Positions 1 through 9,785 of a stretch of 57,006 nucleotides of DNA are shown one piece after another. Position 1 is the stretch's first letter. Every line of letters begins with the position of its first letter. The DNA comes from Deferribacterales bacterium (GTDB taxonomy: Bacteria > Chrysiogenota > Deferribacteres > Deferribacterales > Geovibrionaceae), in assembly GCA_050251945.1 (NCBI GenBank), contig JBFWLW010000016.1, positions 1-57,006 on the forward strand. Reading direction: 5' to 3'. The notes under the pieces were generated by a model that did no database searches, was not told the origin of the DNA, and saw nothing but the letters and a program-made list of their open reading frames with translations. A program made the position numbers and the translations under genes.

Positions 1-271
1 TCCGGTATTATAATGAAGAAAGACCACAGTGGACATTAAAAAAGATGACGCCGGCTGGATACCGACATCATCTTAATTCTTAGCCCGGGGCTTTTTTTAC
101 TGTCCGGAAAATGGGGGACAGTTCATTATCGGGGCTTTTTTTTGTCGCTTTTTATAAGCCCCGCTCTGCGGCGTAAGCCGTTCCTCGGAACTGCTCATAC
201 ACTTATGCGTATACTCGCGGTTTTTTCGTCACTTCTTACCGGCATAACTTATATCTGATTTGCGACGTTAT

Positions 272-379
272 CAGTCTCTGCGAACCGATGCAATCGGCGC
301 GGCAGTGAGGTCGTCACACATTCATTCTTTGCGAAGACATAGAGAAAACCCGTCTGCGAGCCTTTGGCGAAGCGGTCTG
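272..379. repeat. Degenerate CGTC-type REP element (family A)
   Basis: Contains GTCTCTGCGA, TTGCGAAGAC and CGTCTGCGAG...GAAGCGGTCT motifs shared with copies at 14647, 25940, 28230, 41824, 49500, 51792 and 56950. Confidence 0.6.
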
Positions 380-391
380 TGATTTATTCAT

Positions 392-421
392 AAAAAAAGG
401 CGCCCGTGAGAGCGCCCTTTT
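392..421 (-). terminator. Rho-independent terminator after amtB
   Basis: GGCGC/GCGCC stem flanked by an A7 run (U tract on minus) and TTTT. Confidence 0.7.
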
Positions 422-440
422 AGGAGTGATATAAAATCTC

Positions 441-1775
441 TTACTTGATGTAAGATTTTGAATATTCGGGGTATGCGTCGATACCGTGTTCGTGGAAGTC
501 GAGACCCTCAAGTTCTTCCTGTTCGGAAACTCTGACCTTAATAAAGATGTTTATGAGTTTGAACAGAACGAAGGATGTACCGAAGCCCCATACGAAAGCT
601 GCAGCGATACCGATAAGCTGAGGGATAATAACAGGCTCAAGAGCGTGTGTTTCAAAGTTATAGTTGAAAAGACCTGCTGCAAGAGTACCCCATGCGCCGT
701 TCATACCGTGAACAGAGATAGCGCCGACCGGATCGTCAATTTTGATCTTGTCGAAGAACTGTACGGACAGAACAACCAGAACACCTGCAACTGCACCTAT
801 GATGAGAGAGAATCCGGGGGTTACGTTCGCACAGCCGGCTGTGATACCGACAAGACCTGCAAGCGCACCGTTGAGTGCCATGCCTGCGTCATATTTTTTG
901 TAGATGAAACGAGTGTAGAAAAGTGCAGTAATAACGCCTGCTGCGGGAGCAAGTGTTGTGTTAACTGCGATAAGAGCCAGTGAAGTGTCGGCAGCAGTTT
1001 CAGAACCAACGTTGAAACCGTACCAGCCGAACCACAGAACAAACACACCGATAGTTGCCAGAGGGATGTTGTGTCCGGGGATAGCTCTCACTTTGCCGTC
1101 TTTTGTGAATTTACCGATACGGGGTCCGATAACTACAACACCCGCAAGAGCAGCCCAGCCGCCGATGGAGTGAACAACAGTAGAACCTGCGAAGTCGATG
1201 AATCCAAGTCCTTCAAGCCAGCCCTGTCCGTGGAAAAGTGAGCCCCATGCCCAGCTTCCGAAAACAGGATAGATAACTGCTGACATAATGAATGTGAATA
1301 CAAGATAAGCGGCGAAGTTAGCTCTTTCAGCAATAGCACCGGAAACGATTGTTGCCGCTGTTGCACAGAAAACCGTTTGGAACATCCAGAAAACAAGTGT
1401 CCAGTTGTCAACCATGTCCCAGTTGCTGATGAAGAAACCTTCTGTTCCGAAGAGACCGTTAGATGTTCCGAACATAAGAGCAAAGCCCACTGCCCAGAAA
1501 GCTATTGAACCGAACGCAAAGTCCATCAGGTTTTTCATGATGATGTTAACTGCGTTTTTAGCTCTGGTGAATCCTGTTTCAACCATTGCGAAACCAAGCT
1601 GCATAAAGAAGACCATGAAAGCTGCAATGAGTGTCCAGAGCCAGTCGGTATTTGCCTGTGTCGCCTTGACAGCCGCGTCAAGAGATTCGAGTGTAACAGG
1701 CTCCGCCGCCTCATCCGCAAAAGCGAATACGGCAAGACCCATTATTGTAAGAGTGAGAAGAATTTTTTTCAACAT
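441..1775 (-). CDS. amtB: Ammonium transporter
   Basis: FFMQLGFAMVE, DFAGSTVVH, WFGWYGFN and DDPVGAISVHG motifs; start moved to MLKKIL (ATG 1775, GGAGG upstream); follows glnK. Confidence 0.97.
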   Translation of the reverse strand: MLKKILLTLTIMGLAVFAFADEAAEPVTLESLDAAVKATQANTDWLWTLIAAFMVFFMQLGFAMVETGFTRAKNAVNIIMKNLMDFAFGSIAFWAVGFALMFGTSNGLFGTEGFFISNWDMVDNWTLVFWMFQTVFCATAATIVSGAIAERANFAAYLVFTFIMSAVIYPVFGSWAWGSLFHGQGWLEGLGFIDFAGSTVVHSIGGWAALAGVVVIGPRIGKFTKDGKVRAIPGHNIPLATIGVFVLWFGWYGFNVGSETAADTSLALIAVNTTLAPAAGVITALFYTRFIYKKYDAGMALNGALAGLVGITAGCANVTPGFSLIIGAVAGVLVVLSVQFFDKIKIDDPVGAISVHGMNGAWGTLAAGLFNYNFETHALEPVIIPQLIGIAAAFVWGFGTSFVLFKLINIFIKVRVSEQEELEGLDFHEHGIDAYPEYSKSYIK

Positions 1776-1791
1776 TTCAACCTCCCTGAAA

Positions 1792-2163
<372 letters not shown>

Positions 2164-2165
2164 TT

Positions 2166-2182
2166 ATCAAAACACGTGCCAA
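2166..2182 (-). promoter_or_regulatory. Putative sigma54 promoter of glnK-amtB
   Basis: Minus strand reads TTGGCACGTGTTTTGAT versus consensus TGGCACG-N4-TTGC(A/T); one mismatch in the -12 element. Confidence 0.65.
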
Positions 2183-2331
2183 TTTCTGAAAATGCACATT
2201 TTCATTGTATAGAGTGATAAAAGAGTTATATTGTGAAAAATACCAGATATGCTGTTTAAAAAAGATGCATCGGTGGTTAATTTTTCAGCAATTTTTCATA
2301 TAAAGTGGTATAGTCTAATATTGATATTATT

Positions 2332-4590
2332 TTGAGGGTTGAATTGAGCTCGGATTTTAAATTGTTCGATTTGTTGGCACATCCTATAGCCGTAACCGGT
2401 TCCGATTCGGAAATAGCATATTCCAACAAAGAGTTTAAAAGGCTTTATGCTGCAGGTAATTTTAGCAATTTCGGACGCGGGGACGATACAAGATCGTTAT
2501 TCTTCTGCACGGACAAGGGCGAAATAAAGTGCTATCTTGCGTCCGTTTCCCATGACGGTGCATACGATATCTGGTCATTTTCTGACGTAACTTCTCTGGT
2601 CAACCGTAAAATAATGGTTGAAACCGCCGCCATTGACGAATCAAAGATCACCGATGAAAACTTGAGAAAGGTCATTGAAAAGAATAAGAGGCTTACTGAC
2701 GTTCTTGAGGCGATGGAATCCGGAGTCATGGTGGAGGGCGAATCAGGCAGTCTTGTGCATCTCAACAACAGCTTTCTCAAAATGGTGTCTCCGCACTTTT
2801 CCGAGCCTTATTCCGATCCGGAAAATGCCGCTTTCTATCACAGACTGCTTGCTGATATGGATCTTTCCGGTATGTACCGCGAAAAAACGGACTTTATACT
2901 TAAAGAAAAACAGGACAGAAGCTATTCCGACGAGTTCACCTCAAAGGACGGTCGTACTTTTGCCCGCATCCATGTGCCTTTGTATATGGACGGCAAACCG
3001 AAAGGACATCTCTGGCGGTTCCGCGATATATCAGTGAAAAAGCAGATGGAAGCGTTTAAAAACGAGCTTGAGGCTATGATAACAGCCATTGAATCAAGCG
3101 TTATGGTGGGGCTTTATCTCGACTATGAAGGGTTCCGATTTGCCAATGAAGGTCTTCTGCATATTCTGGGCGTTGGCAGGGAAGACGTGCTTAAACACGG
3201 AATATCCTATTATCTGGGCGACAGGGTATACGATACCGGCGACCCTGGTGACCATATAATAGCCTACTATTCACCGAAGGGACGCAGAATAAGTGTTCAT
3301 GTTATTTCCGACACAATGAAGATAGCCGGAAAAACAGCGGAAATAATCAGCGTTATAGATATCACAGACAAGGTTCAGCTTCAGAGCAGTCTGAAAAAGA
3401 ACGAGGCGAAGTTCCGCAGTTTCTTTGCCGATAACACGGCTGTGATGCTGGTTTTTGAACCCGACACTATGGCTCTTGTGGATGCGAACAGGGCGGCGTC
3501 AGAATATTACGGATGCTCCATCGAACAGCTTAAACTGAAAAAGATGTGCGACCTGACTGTGCATACAAGCCACGGCGACTGCCTGACCCTTGTGGGGAAC
3601 ATACTTGAAAGCAGGCGCGGGGCGAAAATACCTGTACAGCAGTATACGGCGGGCGGAGCGGTGCGCGATGTGGAGCTTCTGATAACACCCGTGGAGATAG
3701 ACAGCACTGTCTATATGTTCATCATTGTTGAGGACGTTTCACAGCGGTTAAAATATCAGCGCGAACTGGAAGATATCAACAAAAACCTTAAATATATAGT
3801 TGAGGATGAGATAGCAAAACGGCGCAGGAACGAAGAACTTCTGATGGAGAAGATGCGTCTGGCGGAGATAGGCGAGATGATAGGCAGTATAGCCCACCAG
3901 TGGCGGCAGCCGCTGAATACGCTCGCCATTCTTATTCAGGATATTCAGGATGCAAGGGAGTTCGGAGAGCTTACGGGAGATTATATCCGCGACGTGGTGG
4001 CAAACTCCATGCAGCAGATAGATTACATGTCCAAAACTGTGGATGATTTCCGCGATTTCTTCAAACCGTCCAAAACCAAAGAGGTGTTCGACGTTAAGCG
4101 TTCCGTGGAACAGGTGCTTTCAATCGTGCGCGCTCAGCTTATTAACAACAGCATCACCTGCACTGTCGCCTGCCAGTGCGAGAATTCCGGTCAGTCTATA
4201 ATGGATTACGAAAAACTGACGTACTGCGCCGACCACGATATGAGAGTAAAAGGATATCCCAACGAGTTCAAACAGGTGCTTCTGAACCTTATATCAAACT
4301 CCAAGGACGCCATTACCGGAAGACAGGAACGCAGGATAGATATCAGCATCAAACGCTATGGAGAGAAGATACGGCTTGATGTTGAGGATACAGGCGGCGG
4401 AATTTCCTCCGAAATACTCGACAGGATTTTCGATCCGTATTTTACAACGAAAGGCAGTACGGGCGGAACGGGTATCGGTCTTTATATGTCGAAAGGAATA
4501 ATAGAATCCAACATGAACGGCAGCCTCGCCGTTGAGAATACGGATAAAGGCTGCCGTTTCAGCATATTGATGGACAGATTTATTGATTAG
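2332..4590 (+). CDS. Multi-PAS sensor histidine kinase
   Basis: IAHQWRQPL H-box, NLISNSKDA N-box, DTGGGI, FDPYFTTK and GTGIGLY; N-terminal PAS domains; TTG start uncertain. Confidence 0.92.
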   Translation: MRVELSSDFKLFDLLAHPIAVTGSDSEIAYSNKEFKRLYAAGNFSNFGRGDDTRSLFFCTDKGEIKCYLASVSHDGAYDIWSFSDVTSLVNRKIMVETAAIDESKITDENLRKVIEKNKRLTDVLEAMESGVMVEGESGSLVHLNNSFLKMVSPHFSEPYSDPENAAFYHRLLADMDLSGMYREKTDFILKEKQDRSYSDEFTSKDGRTFARIHVPLYMDGKPKGHLWRFRDISVKKQMEAFKNELEAMITAIESSVMVGLYLDYEGFRFANEGLLHILGVGREDVLKHGISYYLGDRVYDTGDPGDHIIAYYSPKGRRISVHVISDTMKIAGKTAEIISVIDITDKVQLQSSLKKNEAKFRSFFADNTAVMLVFEPDTMALVDANRAASEYYGCSIEQLKLKKMCDLTVHTSHGDCLTLVGNILESRRGAKIPVQQYTAGGAVRDVELLITPVEIDSTVYMFIIVEDVSQRLKYQRELEDINKNLKYIVEDEIAKRRRNEELLMEKMRLAEIGEMIGSIAHQWRQPLNTLAILIQDIQDAREFGELTGDYIRDVVANSMQQIDYMSKTVDDFRDFFKPSKTKEVFDVKRSVEQVLSIVRAQLINNSITCTVACQCENSGQSIMDYEKLTYCADHDMRVKGYPNEFKQVLLNLISNSKDAITGRQERRIDISIKRYGEKIRLDVEDTGGGISSEILDRIFDPYFTTKGSTGGTGIGLYMSKGIIESNMNGSLAVENTDKGCRFSILMDRFID

Positions 4591-4808
4591 AGTATCTCGT
4601 CAACTCTGTCGTGGACTCTCGCTATGTCCGCGTGCAGCAGCTCATGGCGGTGTTTGCATTCATTCTTTGCAACGTAGTCCCTCGCAAGTATGACATTGGT
4701 CTTTTCCTGTCCCCTTCTCAGCTCGTTTATCGTGCGCCATATGGGCAGAAGAACCATTGCCGAAAGCCCGCCGAGATTCTGTATTATGTCTGATATGTCC
4801 ATTATCAT
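4587..4808 (-). CDS. Small membrane/coiled-coil phage protein (possibly holin-associated)
   Basis: Hydrophobic N-terminus (LGGLSAMVLLPIW) followed by a coiled coil; ATGA overlap with the upstream gene; last gene of the operon. Confidence 0.6.
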   Translation of the reverse strand: MIMDISDIIQNLGGLSAMVLLPIWRTINELRRGQEKTNVILARDYVAKNECKHRHELLHADIARVHDRVDEIL

Positions 4809-5080
4809 GCGAACACCCCGAATTTTTCAGGTTTTTTAACTTCGCTGTTTTTGCCTGTGCTGTCTGTATCTGTGTACGTCGGCGGATAGATGCGGTCGTA
4901 TATAGCCTTCTTTTCTTCGTCAGCGAAGACTTCTTCATAAGTGCCCAACACTGTTACGCCCTCCGGTTCTGCCTCGCACCTGCAAAGGCACATTCTATCC
5001 GAGCCGCCGGTCTGAGGCGGTGTCACTGTCAATCCTTCAATCTGTTCGTCTGTCTGATATATAATAATGATGTCCGTCAT
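4805..5080 (-). CDS. Hypothetical phage protein (fibre-associated or chaperone-like)
   Basis: 91-aa acidic ORF, ATGA-coupled to the fibre gene. Confidence 0.65.
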   Translation of the reverse strand: MTDIIIIYQTDEQIEGLTVTPPQTGGSDRMCLCRCEAEPEGVTVLGTYEEVFADEEKKAIYDRIYPPTYTDTDSTGKNSEVKKPEKFGVFA

Positions 5081-6510
5081 GCCGCATTTACCTCCTCTTC
5101 TGTCAGCGCGCGATCATATATACACAGGTTTGATATGGTGCCGTTAAGGAATCGCGTTCCAAAAGCTGATCCGATATATATAACCGACGTATACTCATAC
5201 GGGTTCGCATCATTTTTGCTGTCTTTGCGTAAACCGTCTATATAGAAAACTGTTTCGGCTCCGGTATACACGGCACTGTATCTGTGCCTTAAGAGAGTGT
5301 TAATTCCAGATAATGCAGAATACGATGCACCGCCTTTTGCCCCTTGAGAGAAAAATCCTCCACCGTAGAAACCAATCCCATGTCTCGTATAAATGGTGTC
5401 CCCCCCAAGCGCTATCCTGTCTGTGGCAGCCGATGGTTCCCATAACAGCTTTATATCCATCACATAAGCATGCCCTGTTGACTGTTGAAGCTTAACCATA
5501 TTATCAGCGAGAGGAAACGAACAGTTATCAGCCGCTCTTGTTGCCGCCGCCGTTGTTGCCGGTATGTATGATGTTGCGAACGGCATGGCTTCAAGCTGTG
5601 CGCCGAAGATGTAAAGTCCGGATGCTCCGTCGCCTGCGTATGATACAACTGAATTCGATTGAGCCAAAACTAATGATGGCTTGCCTGTGGTTGTGGCTCC
5701 TGCGGTTACGCTTATAGAGCATCTGTACCATCCGTCTGCTATTGGCTTTATTTTAGCGGTTATCCCCGTTCCTGTTGAAACGACTGTTCCTGCTGATAAA
5801 TCAAAATGTCCGTATCTGCCGCTTGTTATGCTTGAGGGAAAATATAATCTGAATTGGTCGCGTTCTGCTTTTTTTGCAAAAACCGACAAGGCGTATATGG
5901 TACCAGCGGTAAACGATATGCTGACGCTTTCGACATAGTGCGATACGGTGCTTGTGTCCTCAGTCAGTTTATCCGCCAGATTGGTTCCGTATGGGTCAGT
6001 GACGACGGTTGTATTTGCAGTTACAGCAGACCCCGATTTCACCCACACCGCGTTATCGAACTGTTCCGAATAGGTGAGCAGATTCGTCGAAGCTCCCTCG
6101 ATGAGCAGCCCGTCGGCTGTGAAGCGCGGTGTGTCGGCGGCGGCGGTTTTAAGCACTCCGTATCTGTCAGTGTATGTTGCTGTAGATGCCCTTGTGAAAG
6201 TGCAGATGCTTTGCCCCTGCGAAGTCAGCAGGTTCTTTTTCAGCGGCAGATGTAATAATGGCGCGGAAAGATTGCCTATTATTCCTGACATTGCTGACTT
6301 TGTCATTTTTGCAGAAAGCTGGGTATCGGTCTGCGTTTTTGTGTAAAAATCGTCCTCCAAACCCTCGATACGTACCTTTAGTGCGGGATCTCCCGATTCG
6401 TCCAGAACCATGTTCAGAACTTCGCCCTCTGTCTTGTGGATACCTCTGAGAACGGCATCCGAACTGTCAAAAACATCGTTCAGAATCTCTTTTACGGTCT
6501 TATAGCTCAT
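5077..6510 (-). CDS. Phage head-spike/fibre protein with C-terminal LamG/ConA-like domain
   Basis: TFTRASTATY...PRF...GLLIEGASTNLL and GAQLEA...ATSYIP.T...TRAAD motifs typical of phage spike/fibre proteins; C-terminal IYIGS...NGTISNLCIYDRALT is LamG-like; GGAGG RBS. Confidence 0.75.
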   Translation of the reverse strand: MSYKTVKEILNDVFDSSDAVLRGIHKTEGEVLNMVLDESGDPALKVRIEGLEDDFYTKTQTDTQLSAKMTKSAMSGIIGNLSAPLLHLPLKKNLLTSQGQSICTFTRASTATYTDRYGVLKTAAADTPRFTADGLLIEGASTNLLTYSEQFDNAVWVKSGSAVTANTTVVTDPYGTNLADKLTEDTSTVSHYVESVSISFTAGTIYALSVFAKKAERDQFRLYFPSSITSGRYGHFDLSAGTVVSTGTGITAKIKPIADGWYRCSISVTAGATTTGKPSLVLAQSNSVVSYAGDGASGLYIFGAQLEAMPFATSYIPATTAAATRAADNCSFPLADNMVKLQQSTGHAYVMDIKLLWEPSAATDRIALGGDTIYTRHGIGFYGGGFFSQGAKGGASYSALSGINTLLRHRYSAVYTGAETVFYIDGLRKDSKNDANPYEYTSVIYIGSAFGTRFLNGTISNLCIYDRALTEEEVNAA

Positions 6511-6522
6511 GTCTCCTCCTGT

Positions 6523-7596
6523 TTATCGTTTCTTTTTATAAATATTTCCGTCAGGCGATACATACAGTCCGGCGGCGAGTTCAATATTCCCGTTTTCGTC
6601 GCAGTTGTAATCTGAAACAGATGTACCGTATCCGTCCGGCGCCCACGATTGAATGAATCTGCCGTATTTAAGGTATTCTCCCTGAGACACAGTGTTCACT
6701 CCGGAATCTGCCGTGAAAGGATTCACCGCGCAAGTGTAGAACCCGCTTATGAAAAAACCTGTATCGGCTGTGTCCTCGCAGTAGAAGCCTGTTGTGTCGT
6801 ACCCGATACATTCACCGTAAACCGGAGAAGACGCTCCCGTGATAAGGGCGTATGCGCTCGCTATCTTTTCGTGTATGCCCAGTGACGAATAGAGATAGAA
6901 GTCAAAATCCACTCTGCCGGATGTCTGAGGCTTCCAGTCGGTGAAGGTGTTTACCTGATAGATCATGAACGCGGCTCCGCTTATCGGGTCAACGTGGGCT
7001 GTTATCACGTTTGAACGCGTGCCGTTGAAAACGCCGGATGTTGTCTCCTCGTTGTATGTTTCATAGATGAACTCGCTGCCGAAATAGTAGCGCGTCAGGC
7101 GGGTGTAGACGTTTGTTGTCTGATGCACCTGAAGGGAGTATATCTTCCCGTTTGTGTCGTCGGGCGCAGGCTGGTTGATGTACGTTGGCGTGCTTACCGC
7201 ACACGTCTTTTTTTTCATCGCTTCATATGCCGTGTTGAAAGCCGCTTTGGGCGAGCGGACAAATTCAGTTCTGTGCAAAAGCCCCGACGACAGGATGAAG
7301 TTATCTGTTTCATAGGCTTCCGCAGGCATCGGGACGAAAGGCCAGAGCCTGTCTTTAAATCCGGTTATGTGGGACGGCACACCCTTATATTGTCTGACGA
7401 CAACTGGATCGTTGACTGAGAAGGCGTATGATTCAGGTCTTGCTTCCACAGATTCGTATTCTATGGGCAGACCGCCGTATACTGCGTTATCCACCGTCAC
7501 TTCCACCGTGTTTGCGGAATGATTTGTTTTTGTTACGCGCCCCTCGGCGTAAGAGATGTTTTCTGTGGGGTCAAGGGCGTTCTGAGAGTAGATCAT
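6523..7596 (-). CDS. Putative phage tail-tip protein
   Basis: 357 aa, beta-rich, with an OB-fold-like N-terminus (GRVT...TVEV...AFSVNDPVVV); coupled within the operon. Confidence 0.6.
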   Translation of the reverse strand: MIYSQNALDPTENISYAEGRVTKTNHSANTVEVTVDNAVYGGLPIEYESVEARPESYAFSVNDPVVVRQYKGVPSHITGFKDRLWPFVPMPAEAYETDNFILSSGLLHRTEFVRSPKAAFNTAYEAMKKKTCAVSTPTYINQPAPDDTNGKIYSLQVHQTTNVYTRLTRYYFGSEFIYETYNEETTSGVFNGTRSNVITAHVDPISGAAFMIYQVNTFTDWKPQTSGRVDFDFYLYSSLGIHEKIASAYALITGASSPVYGECIGYDTTGFYCEDTADTGFFISGFYTCAVNPFTADSGVNTVSQGEYLKYGRFIQSWAPDGYGTSVSDYNCDENGNIELAAGLYVSPDGNIYKKKR

Positions 7597-8570
7597 ACAG
7601 CCACCTGATAGAACATTTCAGAAATTATAAAATCTCCTGATTCGGAAAGAGTTTTTTTGACATTGCCGTCAGATATGTCCGTGTCGGGCAGAAGCGGCAG
7701 ATCAAGATTCTTTGCAATTGCCACGAAACTGCCCACTGCAAGTCTGCATGGTGAGACTGATTTTAACCAGCAGCGTTCGCCGTGATATTCTACACACCAG
7801 CGGAGTTCCTTTTCGTAGAGCCATTCGTCTTTCAGGCTGTGTCCTATTCCCCCTTTTACAGGGAAATATTCGTAGGTATACCCCTTGTCCGGATCGTTTT
7901 TGTCGTTGTACACTTTGCGGCGCACGGTCACACCGCATCCGAGCAGAAGCGCTCCGGTGAAAATATCTGTCTGAAAGCTGTAGGAACCCAGATAGTATTC
8001 TTCCGGCAGATCGTACATCCTGAAAAAAACGGAGACAGTGCGTCCGGGAACCAGAAGTGTGTTTGAAAGAGATGTTGAAAGCGGAATGCACCCGTCAACG
8101 TTGTGGGTGTATTCGGGGAATGTTGAAGTTATCCAGCCTATGTGATTTATTCCGGTTTCGCTGAAACCTGCGGAACTGTAATATGAAACGAAAGCCGTCA
8201 CGCCGCATGTATTTATCACCGGAAGATACGCCGTGATGAAGTCGCCCGCACGCTCCCATGGCGATGTGGTGTCTGCATCCGTATAGTCTGCACAGGGCAG
8301 TGTGAACTCTTTTTCTGTTTTGTCCGTTGGGAGCAGGAACAGATTCACGACGTATTCGCCGCTGTCCTCTTCAATCAGATAAACGTTGACTGAAACGGTC
8401 TCAAATCCGTATGAAAGCCAGCCGGCCACTGGCGGTTCGTCTGTGATGACCGACGTTGTGACATAGGTGGAAACGCACTTGTCCGGATAACACATGCCCG
8501 ACGGGGTGTATTCCGACGGACACAGCCAGACGCCCACGGATGAGTATTCCTCGGTGACGTAGCGTGCCAT
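7593..8570 (-). CDS. Hypothetical phage structural protein
   Basis: 325-aa ORF with overlapping start/stop at both ends. Confidence 0.6.
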   Translation of the reverse strand: MARYVTEEYSSVGVWLCPSEYTPSGMCYPDKCVSTYVTTSVITDEPPVAGWLSYGFETVSVNVYLIEEDSGEYVVNLFLLPTDKTEKEFTLPCADYTDADTTSPWERAGDFITAYLPVINTCGVTAFVSYYSSAGFSETGINHIGWITSTFPEYTHNVDGCIPLSTSLSNTLLVPGRTVSVFFRMYDLPEEYYLGSYSFQTDIFTGALLLGCGVTVRRKVYNDKNDPDKGYTYEYFPVKGGIGHSLKDEWLYEKELRWCVEYHGERCWLKSVSPCRLAVGSFVAIAKNLDLPLLPDTDISDGNVKKTLSESGDFIISEMFYQVAV

Positions 8571-9289
8571 CAGGACACCGTGAACGTATCGTTGCAGATG
8601 TTGTCCGCATCCGTATTTTTATAGCCGTCTTTTTCAACGAGGAGACTGTATGTTCCGCTTTTCATGCTTCCCAGACGCACCCTGCCTTCGCTGTCGCTCT
8701 TTCCGGCATACTTTCCGTTCAGATAGACGTGGGCATCTTTGAGCTTTTTCTTTGTGCATGCGTCCCGAACAGTGAGTATGACCGTTCTGTTGTAGGTTCC
8801 AGTCAGGTCATCCGTGAAGTCCAGTGCATAGATTCCGCTGCGTCCGTCCTTTTCTGCGGATACAAGGCAGAAGACTGAACTGCCGCACGTAACGTCGACT
8901 ATATCGTAAACTGTCTCGTATTCTATTCTCAGAACTGCGGTGGCGTTTTCAGGAAGTATCACTGCGCTTTCCGAAAATACCGGATTGCCCGCCTGCCCGC
9001 CCTGCCAAACGGCGGATATCACCGTGTCCACGGGGAAAGAGGCGGAAGCCTTTTTGCTGTCTTTAAATATTATAAACTCGGTAACGGTCTGTCTGTAATT
9101 CGTGCCGTAAAATGAGGCGCTTCCGTATGTAGCTTTAAGCGTCGGGTTAAGCCCGCCGGGGTAAAGCTTCAGCCTAGCCGTTGTACCTGCCGCAAAGACG
9201 GTGGTGCCGTTGTTCTCTTCCGGTTCGAGAACGAAGCGGAAAATGTCGCTGTCGGATGTTTTTTTGAATGTCAGACTGGTGTCAGCCAT
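8570..9289 (-). CDS. Phage structural protein with C-terminal carboxypeptidase-regulatory/PEGA-like domain
   Basis: C-terminus VRDACTKKKLKDAHVYLNG...GTYSLLVEKDGY; N-terminal domain paralogous to the two upstream genes. Confidence 0.65.
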   Translation of the reverse strand: MADTSLTFKKTSDSDIFRFVLEPEENNGTTVFAAGTTARLKLYPGGLNPTLKATYGSASFYGTNYRQTVTEFIIFKDSKKASASFPVDTVISAVWQGGQAGNPVFSESAVILPENATAVLRIEYETVYDIVDVTCGSSVFCLVSAEKDGRSGIYALDFTDDLTGTYNRTVILTVRDACTKKKLKDAHVYLNGKYAGKSDSEGRVRLGSMKSGTYSLLVEKDGYKNTDADNICNDTFTVS

Positions 9290-9785
9290 TTAAAGCCTCC
9301 GCATAGACGATCACGGGATAGCTGTCTCTGTCCTTTGCCGTGAGGGTTATGCCATAAAGTGCGTATGACGTGCGGTAGCTTACAAGCGCCGCCGAGAACA
9401 ACCCCTGTGAGGGTTTTGGCTCAACTGCACACTGCACCGAGTAGACCCCTTTGCGTGTAACAGCACCCAGACTGCCGCCCATCCATTCATAACTGCTGAC
9501 TGATGTTACGGGTTTGTCCGTGTCCGCAGATGATGAATCCAGAAAGACGGCAGTCTCATCCTCAACGTCTTCCGTACATACACCCATTGATGTCAGCGTG
9601 CCGTCGGATGCGAAAACTGCCAGTTTATCGGGGTGTTCAGCATAAACCCTGAAATACGCGGTTTCCCCGTATGCGAATGAAGTTTTGGTCTTTCCGTACT
9701 CGTCGGTATTTCTGTCAGCATCCTGCGTTATCAGTATTTTTGAGCCTTTGGATGATGTCACGAAACTTATGGTTGCGTCGGTCAT
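9282..9785 (-). CDS. Phage structural protein (paralogous beta domain)
   Basis: Start moved to MTDATISF (ATG 9785, ATGA overlap, GAGG RBS). Confidence 0.65.
   Translation of the reverse strand: MTDATISFVTSSKGSKILITQDADRNTDEYGKTKTSFAYGETAYFRVYAEHPDKLAVFASDGTLTSMGVCTEDVEDETAVFLDSSSADTDKPVTSVSSYEWMGGSLGAVTRKGVYSVQCAVEPKPSQGLFSAALVSYRTSYALYGITLTAKDRDSYPVIVYAEALNG

Noticed and set aside
38..79. Hairpin AAAAAAGATGACGCC...CATCTTAAT similar to 52012-52051
   Set aside because: Both read as ordinary minus-strand terminators; two short copies are too little to define a family.
163..245. Possible further structured element (CTGCGGCGT...TATGCGTATA...)
   Set aside because: Single copy in the window with no recognisable riboswitch or ncRNA motif.
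5077..6510. Diversity-generating retroelement target
   Set aside because: No reverse transcriptase and no template/variable repeat pair visible.
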